Below are positions 25,510 to 35,469 of a stretch of DNA of 47,901 nucleotides, piece after piece. This DNA comes from Candidatus Pacearchaeota archaeon (GTDB lineage: Archaea > Nanobdellota > Nanobdellia > Pacearchaeales > GW2011-AR1). The position numbers and the translations under genes are program-made. The DNA lies in contig VGKP01000004.1 of assembly GCA_016866975.1 (NCBI GenBank), positions 1 through 47,901 on the forward strand. The letters run 5' to 3'. The notes under the pieces were generated by a model that ran no database searches, had not been told where the DNA came from, and saw only the letters and a program-made list of their open reading frames with translations. Every line of letters starts with the position of its first letter. The first letter of the stretch is position 1.

Positions 25510-26727
25510 CTAGAAAAGATAATAAATTATAGTGGGAATAATCAATGCACCCATGAGTTGTATTCTTCTTGTACCTGAAAGGATGCAGAAAATTCCTAGA
25601 GAAGTAGCGGCCAAGAGTATTACTAGATGGATGATAGAGATTAAGATATCTGAATATGCCAAGAAAGCAAAATTAAGATTTATAGCAAACAGTAAATAAA
25701 ATATTAAGATGGAAAGAGACCGATAATCTATCTTGTTCATCAATAAACAGAATCTTCTTGATAGAAACAAGGAAATAGATGCGGAAAATATTATCGATAG
25801 GAATATAGCTGACAAAATTGTAAATGTGAAATCTGAAGGCTTTGAAAGAAGAGAGTCTACTGCGAGAGCGGTTCCCGATCGGGACTTATGTATTGCAATC
25901 ACGGTGATGTATGAAAGAGCCATGACTGACACACTTGTCATTCCTGTAAGAAAAAGAAATCCCTTTCTTGACTGAGAGAAAAGTTCTGAGCCGAATGTTG
26001 AGGCATGACTAGACCCTATGCCTGGAAGGAAAGAGAATAAAGGTATGGAAAAAAATCCCGCTGCGAAACCTTTCATAGTCTCTTTCCTAGAAAGTCTTAG
26101 CTTTGCAAGAGGAATAAATCTTTGTTTTGCAATCTTGTCGCTGCTTTTTATGGACAGAGCTAGAGATGAAAGGCCAAAAAGGCCAGTAAGGAGAGGGAAT
26201 AAAGGATCAAGGCTAGGCAAGCTGAAAGAAACATGGCCTAAAACCCCTGCTAAAATAAATACGAACCCCGATTTTAGAAAATCTTTCTCCCTAAAGATAA
26301 GATAGAGAGATAGAAAGACAAGAACGAATGGGATGAAAAATCTTAGAGAATTGTAAAGTGAAGGCAAGAAATAGAGATATACTGGAGAGATAAATAGGAT
26401 AATGGGGATCGAAGCTAGAGCACCAAATGAGGTCATGGCTACAGCTTCTTGACCTCTGCCTTCCTTAAGCATCTCGTGGCCTGGAAGAATGGATAAAAAT
26501 GTGTCCTCTTCTGGCGCTCCAAGGAAGATTGAGGGTATGAAATCAATGCAGGAATGGGAAATAGACATGGCTATAATAAAGATGGAAGCGGGGAGCAGTA
26601 GAGACTCTGGAGGAGAGAGGAAAAGAAGGAATGAAGCTACAAGATTAATGTGGATTCCCGGGGCGAGGCCTGTGAAAACTCCTGCCAATATCCCCAAAAC
26701 AAACGCTATAGACAACTCTAGGAGCAT
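25510..26727 (-). CDS. tctA: TctA/DUF112 tripartite tricarboxylate transporter family membrane protein
   Basis: TGLAPGIHIN, DFIPSIFLGAP, LPGHEML and LPGIGSS motifs; probable start 26727. Confidence 0.85.
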   Translation of the reverse strand: MLLELSIAFVLGILAGVFTGLAPGIHINLVASFLLFLSPPESLLLPASIFIIAMSISHSCIDFIPSIFLGAPEEDTFLSILPGHEMLKEGRGQEAVAMTSFGALASIPIILFISPVYLYFLPSLYNSLRFFIPFVLVFLSLYLIFREKDFLKSGFVFILAGVLGHVSFSLPSLDPLFPLLTGLFGLSSLALSIKSSDKIAKQRFIPLAKLRLSRKETMKGFAAGFFSIPLFSFLPGIGSSHASTFGSELFSQSRKGFLFLTGMTSVSVMALSYITVIAIHKSRSGTALAVDSLLSKPSDFTFTILSAIFLSIIFSASISLFLSRRFCLLMNKIDYRSLSILIFYLLFAINLNFAFLAYSDILISIIHLVILLAATSLGIFCILSGTRRIQLMGALIIPTIIYYLF

Positions 26728-26764
26728 GGAAAAGATAACGTAGAGGATTAGATAAGTCTTTTCT

Positions 26765-27352
26765 CTATATCTTTTGGATTCTCCAGAATAGGACTGCTTG
26801 TACAATCGCAATAGCTATAGAGAATTCTAATAATCTAATTGGAATCCAGAAGGTGGAAAATATCACAATGCTCTGAAGTATGTAAAGAATGCCTAATGAT
26901 CTTGACATCATGTCCCAAGAAGATTTAATTTTTGAAAGAGATATCCCGAAAATTATTCCAATGATACCTGTCGCTAAAAATATCCATTTATCATTTAGTG
27001 CAATATGGAGAGAGAGGAGGGGGAGTAAGATATTAAGTGCGGGCAATAAAACAGCAATTGCGAAAATAGATGCCGAGACCCTTAGAAAAGTCAATCTCTT
27101 AACCTTAGCAATCCTTTCAAAAGCAAATAATACAAATGCCATCAGGATGGCTTCCAGAACAATCAGTATCCTAGTTACAGATGTGAAGTTTTGCAATATA
27201 AAAGTCATTGAAGACTTTAAGCTTTCAGGAATAGACTCGAGAGTTATGGCTTGATTTGTCACAGCAAAACCAATTAAGTTGAGAATAGTATGCAGGAAAA
27301 AAACAATTGCGAAAATTACCGATAAGACACTTCCTACCTTAAGAATATTCAT
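26765..27352 (-). CDS. Multi-pass membrane protein
   Basis: About six hydrophobic segments. Confidence 0.7.
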   Translation of the reverse strand: MNILKVGSVLSVIFAIVFFLHTILNLIGFAVTNQAITLESIPESLKSSMTFILQNFTSVTRILIVLEAILMAFVLFAFERIAKVKRLTFLRVSASIFAIAVLLPALNILLPLLSLHIALNDKWIFLATGIIGIIFGISLSKIKSSWDMMSRSLGILYILQSIVIFSTFWIPIRLLEFSIAIAIVQAVLFWRIQKI

Positions 27353-27376
27353 GGTTTTCTTAAGAATATTTGGTAT

Positions 27377-27703
27377 TTAACGCTTGTGATTGAAAACAAC
27401 TCGGTGCACAATAATTGAATCTCCAAAATAAGATTCCTTATGCCCATATAACCTAACATCTTCGTCTTTAAGATAAGGAGATGTCTTTTTATAAATCGCA
27501 GTAATATTATTGTCCAACTTCAACAAGATTTTTTTATCCTTTATGGACATAGATATTATCTTACCTGAAACGGTTAATTTTTCGTTATCTACAGACTGTC
27601 TCAGCTCTTTATCTGAACTTATGGGCTTGTAAGGCATCCAAAATAGGAGGAAGAAAAGTAGAGCTATACAAAAAATAGCAAGAATGATAGATAACCTAAT
27701 CAT
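27377..27703 (-). CDS. Membrane-anchored OB-fold-like protein
   Basis: N-terminal TM followed by a TVSGKIIS...LKLDN...VRLYG beta pattern. Confidence 0.6.
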   Translation of the reverse strand: MIRLSIILAIFCIALLFFLLFWMPYKPISSDKELRQSVDNEKLTVSGKIISMSIKDKKILLKLDNNITAIYKKTSPYLKDEDVRLYGHKESYFGDSIIVHRVVFNHKR

Positions 27704-27773
27704 CCAAGTCTTATGTGCCTAGATTATTTATTCATTTGCCAAGATTTAAAAGCTAGGCTAACTTGATTAAGAC

Positions 27774-28403
27774 ATGGAGTTGGCAAAGTTCATTGCTGCT
27801 TTCAGCATAGCGCTATTCGTATCTTTCTTTGCAGTTGAGTTGTTGTCTCTTGCATATCAGGCGCCGGAAGCGTCAGGTCTCTCGTGTACTTCTTCATCTC
27901 AATGTAGCTCATTAATAGAAAAGAAATGCGGGAAGGCGCCATTGGATTTCGGTAATGGTGAATATTATTCTTGCCAGTCTGAGGTCTATTCTTCTGAAGA
28001 TTACAAGCGGTGCAACCTTGAAGCTGTGAAGGCGGGAGAGACTTGTCAAAAGAACCTTGCAGTACAATATCAGAATTATCAATTGATATCTTTCCTTCTT
28101 TATGGATTGGTAGGAATATTGTTTATAGTTGGAGGATTTATATTCCTAGGGTATAGGAGCATAGGTTCTGGACTTCTACTTTCTGGAGTTTTTGTAATAT
28201 TATTCTCAGGATATATCTCATTGTTCTCAGCGATAACCTCGTATAGTACATTGTTTAGAGGCCTTATTGGAGGGAGCGAGGGAATCTCTCCTCAAACGTT
28301 CCAGTTGATGAGGACGTTGCTCTATTTTGTGGTAAGTGTCTTGTTGATAGTAATGAGTTATTTCAGGCTTGATAGACCTGGATTGAAATCTGAAGAATAT
28401 TAA
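27774..28403 (+). CDS. Membrane protein with a Cys-rich extracytoplasmic loop
   Basis: N-terminal TM, six Cys, then three TMs. Confidence 0.75.
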   Translation: MELAKFIAAFSIALFVSFFAVELLSLAYQAPEASGLSCTSSSQCSSLIEKKCGKAPLDFGNGEYYSCQSEVYSSEDYKRCNLEAVKAGETCQKNLAVQYQNYQLISFLLYGLVGILFIVGGFIFLGYRSIGSGLLLSGVFVILFSGYISLFSAITSYSTLFRGLIGGSEGISPQTFQLMRTLLYFVVSVLLIVMSYFRLDRPGLKSEEY

Positions 28404-28416
28404 ACCTGTTTTTTGT

Positions 28417-30030
28417 TTATTTTGTAGTTTCAGTGTACTTTTTAATTTTATATGCAATAAACATGATTGTGCTCGCTATACATGATAATATTATAAGAAG
28501 CCATATTTGAGGAATTATATTTTTAGTTTCTGAATTAAAGATGAGAATTTTGTTCATTGCTCCCTCGCTTACAACTAGAGGAGAATAAGAGGCTATTTTT
28601 TTAGCAAGAGGAGGTAGAGACTCCAAAGGACTTATTATTGATGAAAATACAAGTAGCGCTATTGCAATGAAAAGAGAAGTAGCAAGAGAGGTCTCTTGAG
28701 ACTTGAAGAGGTATCCAATAGACATACCTAGAATGATAAAACAAGTAGCCGTTAGAATAATGATGGTTATGCTCTTCCCTAATTCTGGAAGGATATTCAA
28801 ATTAAGAAAATACTGCCCTAGAAAAATAATAAATATGGTCTGTACGATAACAAGTATAAAAATTGTTAAGAAAATTCCCCCCACAAATATCAAGCCGTTT
28901 GTCTTACTTGCAATATTGCGCAAGTAAGCGTTTGAATTTCTTTCTCGTACAACAAGAAGTGTTGAAAATATTAGAGATGTAAACATAATAAATATCACAA
29001 TAAAGCTTGGAAAGAGATAGTCTATAAATTCAAATCTTTCCTTTCCTTTTCCAATACTTTCTTCTGAAACTGGATAGTGGCTGATTTTTACTGGATTAAG
29101 GGCTTCTTCTACATTTGCATTCCTTATTTGTTCCAATCCTTTATCTATCTTTTCGAGTTCTGCTCTGAAGACAGAAACTTCATTTTCTGCCCTTTCAAGG
29201 TTTTTTCTTATTTCATTTAAACTAGTGTAAATTTGGTCTGTTTTATTTTCACTTTTTGTAATTTTTATTAAACCTAAGCTATATTTAGCCTTCTTTGTAG
29301 TTTCAGAGATTTTAGATACGGCAATTTTTAGGGGTTCACTTTGGTTTGAAGAAATAATTTTATTTTCCATTTCATTACTTAATCGTATTGCTTCGTCTAG
29401 GTCTTCTTCAATGTTTTTTATTTGTAATTCTCTTTTTTGAATTTCTTGTTCAATTATAGGCAGGTTTTCATTTACTCTCTGGATATTCTGTAGAATAATA
29501 TCTGTCCTTCCGATAATTTCCTTTACCTTTATTTGATAAATTTCTAGATTGTTTTTTAAAAAATTAATTTTTCTTTCTCGCATTTCTTTCGATAATTCTT
29601 CTCCCATGCGCTCTATCGAATCTGCAATTCTCCATACAACGTTCTGTTTTGAATAATCTAGGTAAGTTTCTAGATCATAGGTATTCTCATTTATTTTATT
29701 TTTATCTGAAGAAGGTACACTTCTTTTTATTAAAGCTAGACATACTTCGCTACTAGATGAAAGTACACTATTTCTACATTCCTCCATAGTATCTATTTTT
29801 ATAACATTATATGATCTTGCTTTAAGCATTTCTATCAGTTTCACACCCGATTCTTCGTCTGCTTGAATGTATAGCGCAACTCCGACATTCTTTAATTCTG
29901 CCCCGCCGAGCCCAAAGTTTAAGAGTAGAATTAGTGCAAGAGGACCTATAATTAATGTTAGGGCTGAGAACCTTGAGTGGAGGAGAACGAATAAGTTCTT
30001 TTTAATAATCGCATTTGTCTTTTTAAACAT
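28417..30030 (-). CDS. ABC-2 type transporter permease with a coiled-coil insertion
   Basis: GPLALILL first TM, long heptad region, PSFIV...ERNS and PLESLP C-terminal TM bundle. Confidence 0.85.
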   Translation of the reverse strand: MFKKTNAIIKKNLFVLLHSRFSALTLIIGPLALILLLNFGLGGAELKNVGVALYIQADEESGVKLIEMLKARSYNVIKIDTMEECRNSVLSSSSEVCLALIKRSVPSSDKNKINENTYDLETYLDYSKQNVVWRIADSIERMGEELSKEMRERKINFLKNNLEIYQIKVKEIIGRTDIILQNIQRVNENLPIIEQEIQKRELQIKNIEEDLDEAIRLSNEMENKIISSNQSEPLKIAVSKISETTKKAKYSLGLIKITKSENKTDQIYTSLNEIRKNLERAENEVSVFRAELEKIDKGLEQIRNANVEEALNPVKISHYPVSEESIGKGKERFEFIDYLFPSFIVIFIMFTSLIFSTLLVVRERNSNAYLRNIASKTNGLIFVGGIFLTIFILVIVQTIFIIFLGQYFLNLNILPELGKSITIIILTATCFIILGMSIGYLFKSQETSLATSLFIAIALLVFSSIISPLESLPPLAKKIASYSPLVVSEGAMNKILIFNSETKNIIPQIWLLIILSCIASTIMFIAYKIKKYTETTK

Positions 30031-30031
30031 A

Positions 30032-30664
30032 TTATATCACTTTATTTCTTAGATCTCCTTTCTTAATTTCTAGCAAGGCTCCATTTTCCATAAGGAAAAA
30101 TTTTGTACAGAGCCCATCTATTGTCTCTAGAATATGGGAAGTGATAATGATTGTTTTTCCTTTATTATGCAAATTTATAAGGAGAGATGTTAGTTCTTTT
30201 GTTAGTTTGCTGTCTAATCCAGTGAATGGTTCGTCTAATACTATTGTTTCTGGGTCGTTTATAAGAGCACAAGCAATATCCACTCTTTTTTGAGTCCCCC
30301 CAGAGAGGTTGTTAATTGTTATATTTTCATACTGCTTGAGAGAAAGTTCTTGCAAGATATTATCAATTACTGCCCCTTTATTTCTTACTTCATAAATTGT
30401 GGCGAAATAATCCAGATTCTCCCTTACTGTCAGGGATTGATATATGGCATTATTCTGCATTGAAAATCCTAGCTTGGAGTAAATATTAATTTTTCCACTA
30501 GTGGGTAGCAGGGATCCAATAATGATCTTTATTAATATAGATTTTCCACAACCGCTTTCGCCAACTATCCCTATGATGCCTGGAGAATTTATTATAAAAT
30601 TTAGATTTTTTATTACTTCTTTTGACCCATATTTTTTATAAAGACCTTCTATTTCCAGCAACAT
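30032..30664 (-). CDS. ABC transporter ATP-binding protein
   Basis: GESGCGKS, LSGG and VLDEP motifs plus H-loop. Confidence 0.93.
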   Translation of the reverse strand: MLLEIEGLYKKYGSKEVIKNLNFIINSPGIIGIVGESGCGKSILIKIIIGSLLPTSGKINIYSKLGFSMQNNAIYQSLTVRENLDYFATIYEVRNKGAVIDNILQELSLKQYENITINNLSGGTQKRVDIACALINDPETIVLDEPFTGLDSKLTKELTSLLINLHNKGKTIIITSHILETIDGLCTKFFLMENGALLEIKKGDLRNKVI

Positions 30665-30703
30665 CTTTTATGCTAGTCTTTTTTACTTTAAAATAGTATG
30701 TTT

Positions 30704-31492
30704 TTAATTTTGTTTTGGCTCTTCTGCAACATAAGTGTCCAAGTGCCATAGGCCTCTGCTACCTCTCGGCTCTAGATTTTCATATAGGCCTGAAGAAAGG
30801 GACAAAACAACGGCGCATAGCTCCTTTGATAATGGCAGAGAGGTCCTTTTTACCCTCTCTATTCTATCAAAATATTTGTGAGCTGCAGCCAAAATCTTAT
30901 CACCATCTGAAAAATTCACAACTATAGGAAAATATAATCTGCCTGAAGTTTTTAGAAATTCTCCTGACTGAACTATCAGGGGAACAATCTTATCCGTACC
31001 ATCGGTGCCTCCAGAAGGTATATGAGTAGGGTACCATCCTAGTTTTCTTGCAGGCTCTTCTGCCATGCCTGAGATATCAGAAACAATGAAGTCTACTTCA
31101 AGTCCAGGATGATTTTGTCTTATTGGTTCAAATAGGTCTCCATTGTAAGGAGTCACTTTATTCTCTAAGCGGTATTTTGCGAGATTTTTCTTCGCTAACG
31201 ACCATTGGTCTTCTACTATCTCGGTAGTATATAGATGCGTGAGCAATGGATTTGAGGCGAGAATTATTGAGATGGGCCCTATTCCTGCGCCAAGTTCAAT
31301 TCCTATATCTCCAGAGCTGACTCTGACAGACTCGGCCACTGCGGCAGTCGTTTGATTTGGCATGAAAAGCTCATCCGAGATCTCAATAGTCAAGCAAGAA
31401 TCTCTTATATTTAGAAACTTAAAAGTTTTTTCTATTGTTCTTGTCATCTTTTTGGAACTGGTAAGGGTTATAAAAACTTTGGGGTGATGCAA
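30704..31492 (-). CDS. Class I SAM-dependent methyltransferase (PrmC/HemK-like)
   Basis: IELGAGIG motif I and GDLFEP; start may be 31447. Confidence 0.8.
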   Translation of the reverse strand: MHHPKVFITLTSSKKMTRTIEKTFKFLNIRDSCLTIEISDELFMPNQTTAAVAESVRVSSGDIGIELGAGIGPISIILASNPLLTHLYTTEIVEDQWSLAKKNLAKYRLENKVTPYNGDLFEPIRQNHPGLEVDFIVSDISGMAEEPARKLGWYPTHIPSGGTDGTDKIVPLIVQSGEFLKTSGRLYFPIVVNFSDGDKILAAAHKYFDRIERVKRTSLPLSKELCAVVLSLSSGLYENLEPRGSRGLWHLDTYVAEEPKQN

Positions 31493-31504
31493 AGCAACTA
31501 TGGT

Positions 31505-32413
31505 TTATACAGTATGGAATTCTACTATGTCTTTGTCTTTCAGGATGTGAGAAAGACCAACTCTCTGATTTGGAAACTTGCTACTAGGACCAGTTATTCT
31601 GGTCTCTTTGATCTTCAAAGAGAATCCTTTTGCTATCTTTTCTGCGGCATCCTTTACAGTCAGACCATTAGCTATGACAAGAGGAATCTGTGATGGCAAT
31701 TTGCCTGGTTCTTTAGTATATATTCTCATCATATTCATCCCTTCTAATATTTTATGCCTAAGTTCGTCAAGACCATGATTTGTAATGTTAGAAACCAAAA
31801 CTGCAGGGATCTTCTTGCTCCTTATCTTCTCCTGAAGCCTTCTGAACTCATCCTGAGACAACAGGTCAGATTTAGTGTAGGCGTATAACCGTCTTCCATA
31901 TGACCTCGCTAGAATCGGAGAAATCTTATCTATCTCTTCGAGATTATTTATGACAATCAGTATGCAATCTGCAGTATTCACAATTCCAATGTCAAAGGTC
32001 TCTGCTCCTATCGCGGGCAGATCTACAACTTGCGCCTTTACACCTTGATAATAGAAAGTGCCTAGCTCTGGTTGATTAGTGGTGAAAGGGACAGGACTTA
32101 TACTCGGTCTTGCATTGGTCAAAACAGACAGAAGGGAAGATTTACCCACGTTTGGAAAACCTAACAAGACTATCTGATAACCTTCTTTCCTTACAGTTTT
32201 CTGCGTTGTCTTGCCTACTTTCTTGTTCTTTTCTTTCTTCTCAAGAAATTTTTTTAACCTTGTCCTGAGGAGTGCAAGGAGATTCTCAGAGGACTTATGT
32301 TTAGGCGCGGCCCTGATCATATCTTCAGTAGCGATTATACGTTCTTCTAGAGTTTGCGCTTGCAGATATCTTTTCTCGGCTTGAACATACTCTGGTCCTG
32401 GGTTAACTGGCAT
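31505..32413 (-). CDS. drg: DRG/OBG-family GTPase with TGS domain
   Basis: PKHKSSE N-terminus, GFPNVGKS, PFTT, DLP and C-terminal TGS (LKDKDIVE). Confidence 0.9.
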   Translation of the reverse strand: MPVNPGPEYVQAEKRYLQAQTLEERIIATEDMIRAAPKHKSSENLLALLRTRLKKFLEKKEKNKKVGKTTQKTVRKEGYQIVLLGFPNVGKSSLLSVLTNARPSISPVPFTTNQPELGTFYYQGVKAQVVDLPAIGAETFDIGIVNTADCILIVINNLEEIDKISPILARSYGRRLYAYTKSDLLSQDEFRRLQEKIRSKKIPAVLVSNITNHGLDELRHKILEGMNMMRIYTKEPGKLPSQIPLVIANGLTVKDAAEKIAKGFSLKIKETRITGPSSKFPNQRVGLSHILKDKDIVEFHTV

Positions 32414-32462
32414 GAATCTACTTAATCAGAGGGTTTATTAAGTATTTTCATTATATCCGGAA

Positions 32463-33659
32463 ATGAGGTTCGTGAGAAGAGAGCTTAAAAATGGGATGAC
32501 TGTGGTTGCGGAACATAGAGACTTGCCAGTCGTATCATTTAGTATAGCCAACAAATTTGGAGCAGGATATGAAAAAGATCAGATAAAAGGGATCGCTCAC
32601 TTTATAGAGCATCTAGTTTTTACAGGGACCAAGACCAGAAGCCATGAAGACATAAGCAGAGAGATAGAAAAAAGAGGAGGAGTGGTAAATGCATTTACTG
32701 CCAATGAAGTCACTTGCTTCTGGTTCAAATTGCCAAGTGAGCATCTCTATCGAGGCATGGAAATATCGCACGATATACTTACTCATCCCACATTTGAGAA
32801 AAAAAAATTTGAGAAAGAGAAGAAAGTCATACTTGAAGAGATAAAGATGTATCATGACGATCCTGGCAGAAACGTGCATGATAAGATAGTCGAAAACATG
32901 TTTGAGAAACCATTCGGCACCGGAATAATAGGCAATGCTAAAACAGTATCTGCTCTGAAAAGAGATTTTGTCTTAAAGTATTTCAAAAAGAATTATTCGC
33001 CTGAGAACTATATCGTGTCCTTAGTGGGGAAATTTGACATGGATAAGCTCTGCTTGTGGTTGGAACAGAAATTTATTAGAAGAGGAAAGAGAGAGAGCAT
33101 TTTACCCATTAAGATAAGAAATTCTGAAAGTGTAGAATCTCGAGAAGGAATCGACCAAGCACACCTAATATTTGGAGTACATGCCCCATTGATGAACTCT
33201 AAGGACTATGTATCTCTAGAAATATTAGATGCCTATCTTGCTAATGGAATGTCTTCAAAACTCTTTCTAAAGATAAGAGAAGAGAAAGGATTGGCTTATA
33301 GTGTAAATAGTTCTCTCAACTCTGAGAGAAGCTATTCTTACTATACCATATATGCCGGCACAACAAAAAAAGCTGTGCCAGAAGTCAAAAAATTGATTAT
33401 TGAAGGATTCAGAGAAGTCTCATCAATGACTGAGAAAGATTTGCAAGAAGCCAAAGAGAGGCTTATAGGGCTGCAGCAGATCTCACGAGAGGAGAGTTTG
33501 AGAGTAATGCAAGAACTTCTTTTTTATGAGCTAGCATCTAAGGCAGAGAATTATTATGAAAGACAGAAGTTTGTTCAAGCTGTCAGGCTTGGAGATGTAA
33601 AGAGACTTGCAAAAGAGATGGTCTTGAAGTATTCTACAGCAGCGATAGTGCCCAAGTAA
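32463..33659 (+). CDS. M16 (pitrilysin/insulinase) zinc peptidase
   Basis: HFIEH inverzincin motif; downstream EE; SSKLFLKIREEKGLAY. Confidence 0.93.
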   Translation: MRFVRRELKNGMTVVAEHRDLPVVSFSIANKFGAGYEKDQIKGIAHFIEHLVFTGTKTRSHEDISREIEKRGGVVNAFTANEVTCFWFKLPSEHLYRGMEISHDILTHPTFEKKKFEKEKKVILEEIKMYHDDPGRNVHDKIVENMFEKPFGTGIIGNAKTVSALKRDFVLKYFKKNYSPENYIVSLVGKFDMDKLCLWLEQKFIRRGKRESILPIKIRNSESVESREGIDQAHLIFGVHAPLMNSKDYVSLEILDAYLANGMSSKLFLKIREEKGLAYSVNSSLNSERSYSYYTIYAGTTKKAVPEVKKLIIEGFREVSSMTEKDLQEAKERLIGLQQISREESLRVMQELLFYELASKAENYYERQKFVQAVRLGDVKRLAKEMVLKYSTAAIVPK

Positions 33660-33701
33660 GAACCAAGGTTCTTACTAACTCCTGTGAATTTAATAACCTT
33701 C

Positions 33702-33835
33702 CTGAAGAGAACCAAGGTTCCCTCTCAACACCTTCCTTCTGAAGAGAACCAAGGTTCCCTCTCAACACCTTCCTTCTGAAGAGAACCAAGGTTCCCTCTC
33801 AACACCTTCCTTCTGAAGAGAACCAAGGTTCTCTC
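33702..33835 (+). repeat. Tandem array of 37-bp P units (three full plus one partial), without spacers
   Basis: ctgaagagaaccaaggttccctctcaacaccttcctt starts at 33702, 33739, 33776 and 33813. Confidence 0.9.
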
Positions 33836-33905
33836 AGGGATTCATAATCCCTGATGACCGTCAAGAATCAGCAGATTCTTGAGGCCTTGTGGGTCAACCT
33901 TCCTT
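33821..33905 (+). repeat. P/Q composite double-hairpin element, copy 1
   Basis: 85 bp identical to 43270-43354. Confidence 0.92.
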
Positions 33906-33906
33906 A

Positions 33907-34025
33907 TGTCGGGAACCGATGAAAACCACACCTTTCAAGGTGTGGTGGTTCCCGAGCATCTCCAAAAACGAGCGCCTGCAACAAACCTCGGCTTTTAAGC
34001 CGAGGTGGCGCATCGTTTTTGTGAT
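33907..34025 (+). repeat. R-family bipartite structured element, copy 1
   Basis: 119 bp identical to 39730-39848. Confidence 0.92.
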
Positions 34026-34173
34026 TAAGAAACATTATCTTTCACTTATCAAATTTAAGAAAGGCAGATATCTAAAATGGGTTTTCTTTGGTGACATCAG
34101 TTAAATATACAAGCTCTTGTCAAATAAATTTTCAAAAATAAGAAAACAAGAGCTTTCTCAGAGAGAAAAAATC

Positions 34174-34215
34174 TTATCTTCTCTTCTTTTTCTTTGAAGC
34201 TTTCTTCTTTGGCAC
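34174..34215 (-). CDS. 13-aa Lys/Arg-rich micropeptide (GTG start) MPKKKASKKKKRR
   Basis: TATA (plus tatttaaa 34261-34268), SD AAGAGGAGG 7 nt before GTG, T-tract after TAA. Confidence 0.65.
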   Translation of the reverse strand: MPKKKASKKKKRR

Positions 34216-34379
34216 TTTTTAATCCTCCTCTTTTTGGTTCAGATTAGTAAGACGAGCTTATATTTAAAACTTTACCAAAATTTCTTGAAAAATTTTCTGT
34301 GAAAAATCTCCTTATTGTTTTTTTCTACGATAAGGGAAAAACAAAAAATTTAATAATAAAAGATGAATATTTTCCTTTA

Positions 34380-34940
34380 ATGGTTAAAAAAATTACAAAA
34401 AATCTGACTAGAGCATTTTTATGTATAACTTTTCCTGATGAAGTGATTAAAGAGATAGCCAGAATCCAGGAGATTTTGTCAGACATAAAGTTTACAGGTA
34501 AGCTTACTGAATTGGAAAACCTTCATCTTACCTTGAAGTTTCTTGGAGAGATTGAAGATGGAAAAATTGAAGAGATAAAAAATAGACTTTCGAAATTAAA
34601 ATTTGATGCTTTTGAAGCAAAACTCCTAAATATGGGCACTTTTTGCAATAGAAGCATGCCCAGGATAGTCTGGGTTAAAATAGGTGGAGCAGGCATATTT
34701 GAACTTCAGAAGCAAGTTGATGATATATTGGGTGATCTTTTCAAGAAGGAAGAGAGATTCATGTCCCATATGACTATCGCCAGAGTCAAGCATGTCTCAG
34801 ATAGCAGGAACTTTAAAAATTATATTAAAAATATGGCTCTGAGAGAAGTAAGATTCAATGTCAGTAGCCTTGTATTTATGAAGTCTGAGCTTGGAAGGAC
34901 CGGGCCCAGATATACTGAGATGTACAAGGTGAGTCTATAA
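34380..34940 (+). CDS. thpR: RNA 2',3'-cyclic phosphodiesterase (2H family)
   Basis: RAFLCI, HLTL and HMTI 2H motifs, PRIVW; ATG 34380 preferred over GTG 34299. Confidence 0.92.
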   Translation: MVKKITKNLTRAFLCITFPDEVIKEIARIQEILSDIKFTGKLTELENLHLTLKFLGEIEDGKIEEIKNRLSKLKFDAFEAKLLNMGTFCNRSMPRIVWVKIGGAGIFELQKQVDDILGDLFKKEERFMSHMTIARVKHVSDSRNFKNYIKNMALREVRFNVSSLVFMKSELGRTGPRYTEMYKVSL

Positions 34941-35047
34941 TTAGAAACATACCTAAAAAGGTTATAGCGTATTTATAATTCTGTTGTTGTGCAAAAGATA
35001 TATCCCATAAACATGATATTTTTAATAGGGCGCCGATTTTTTCTCTC

Positions 35048-35461
35048 ATGAAGCGCAACGAATACTCTATACTCCAAGCTTATCAAAAAAGATTTGGAGA
35101 CTTGTCCTGGCCTTGGCAGTACCGCGATCTGGCCAAACAGATTACATATGATTTTCTACACGACTACAAAGAATTTCCCCAGCAATTGGAGAATGCAACT
35201 CATTGGGTGCTAATTGGAAGTGACAAAAATAAGTTGAAGACACTTGCCCGCTATACCTCTGCAGCATTACATTTTTCGGGAGTGAAGAATGCTAGAGTAA
35301 ATGTGGCAGAATCATCTGAAGAAGCGACCTTTGGAAAAAATGGAGATGATTCATACTTCATTTCTGTCGATTCTTATATACTTCCTGCTAGAGGAGGAAT
35401 TGGAAAAAATCTTGCCTCTATATGCCTGAGACCCCTCGAGATCATTTTTCGCAGATGTTGA
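35048..35461 (+). CDS. Hypothetical protein
   Basis: 137-aa ORF only; no recognisable domain. Confidence 0.55.
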   Translation: MKRNEYSILQAYQKRFGDLSWPWQYRDLAKQITYDFLHDYKEFPQQLENATHWVLIGSDKNKLKTLARYTSAALHFSGVKNARVNVAESSEEATFGKNGDDSYFISVDSYILPARGGIGKNLASICLRPLEIIFRRC

Positions 35462-35469
35462 CATTGCAG

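Noticed and set aside
33702-33835. CRISPR array (37-bp partially palindromic repeats)
   Set aside because: Units are directly contiguous with no unique spacers, and there are no cas genes in the window.
33851-33890. Hammerhead ribozyme (CTGATGA followed by a stem)
   Set aside because: No GAAA after the putative stem II and no stem III/UH cleavage triplet can be built.
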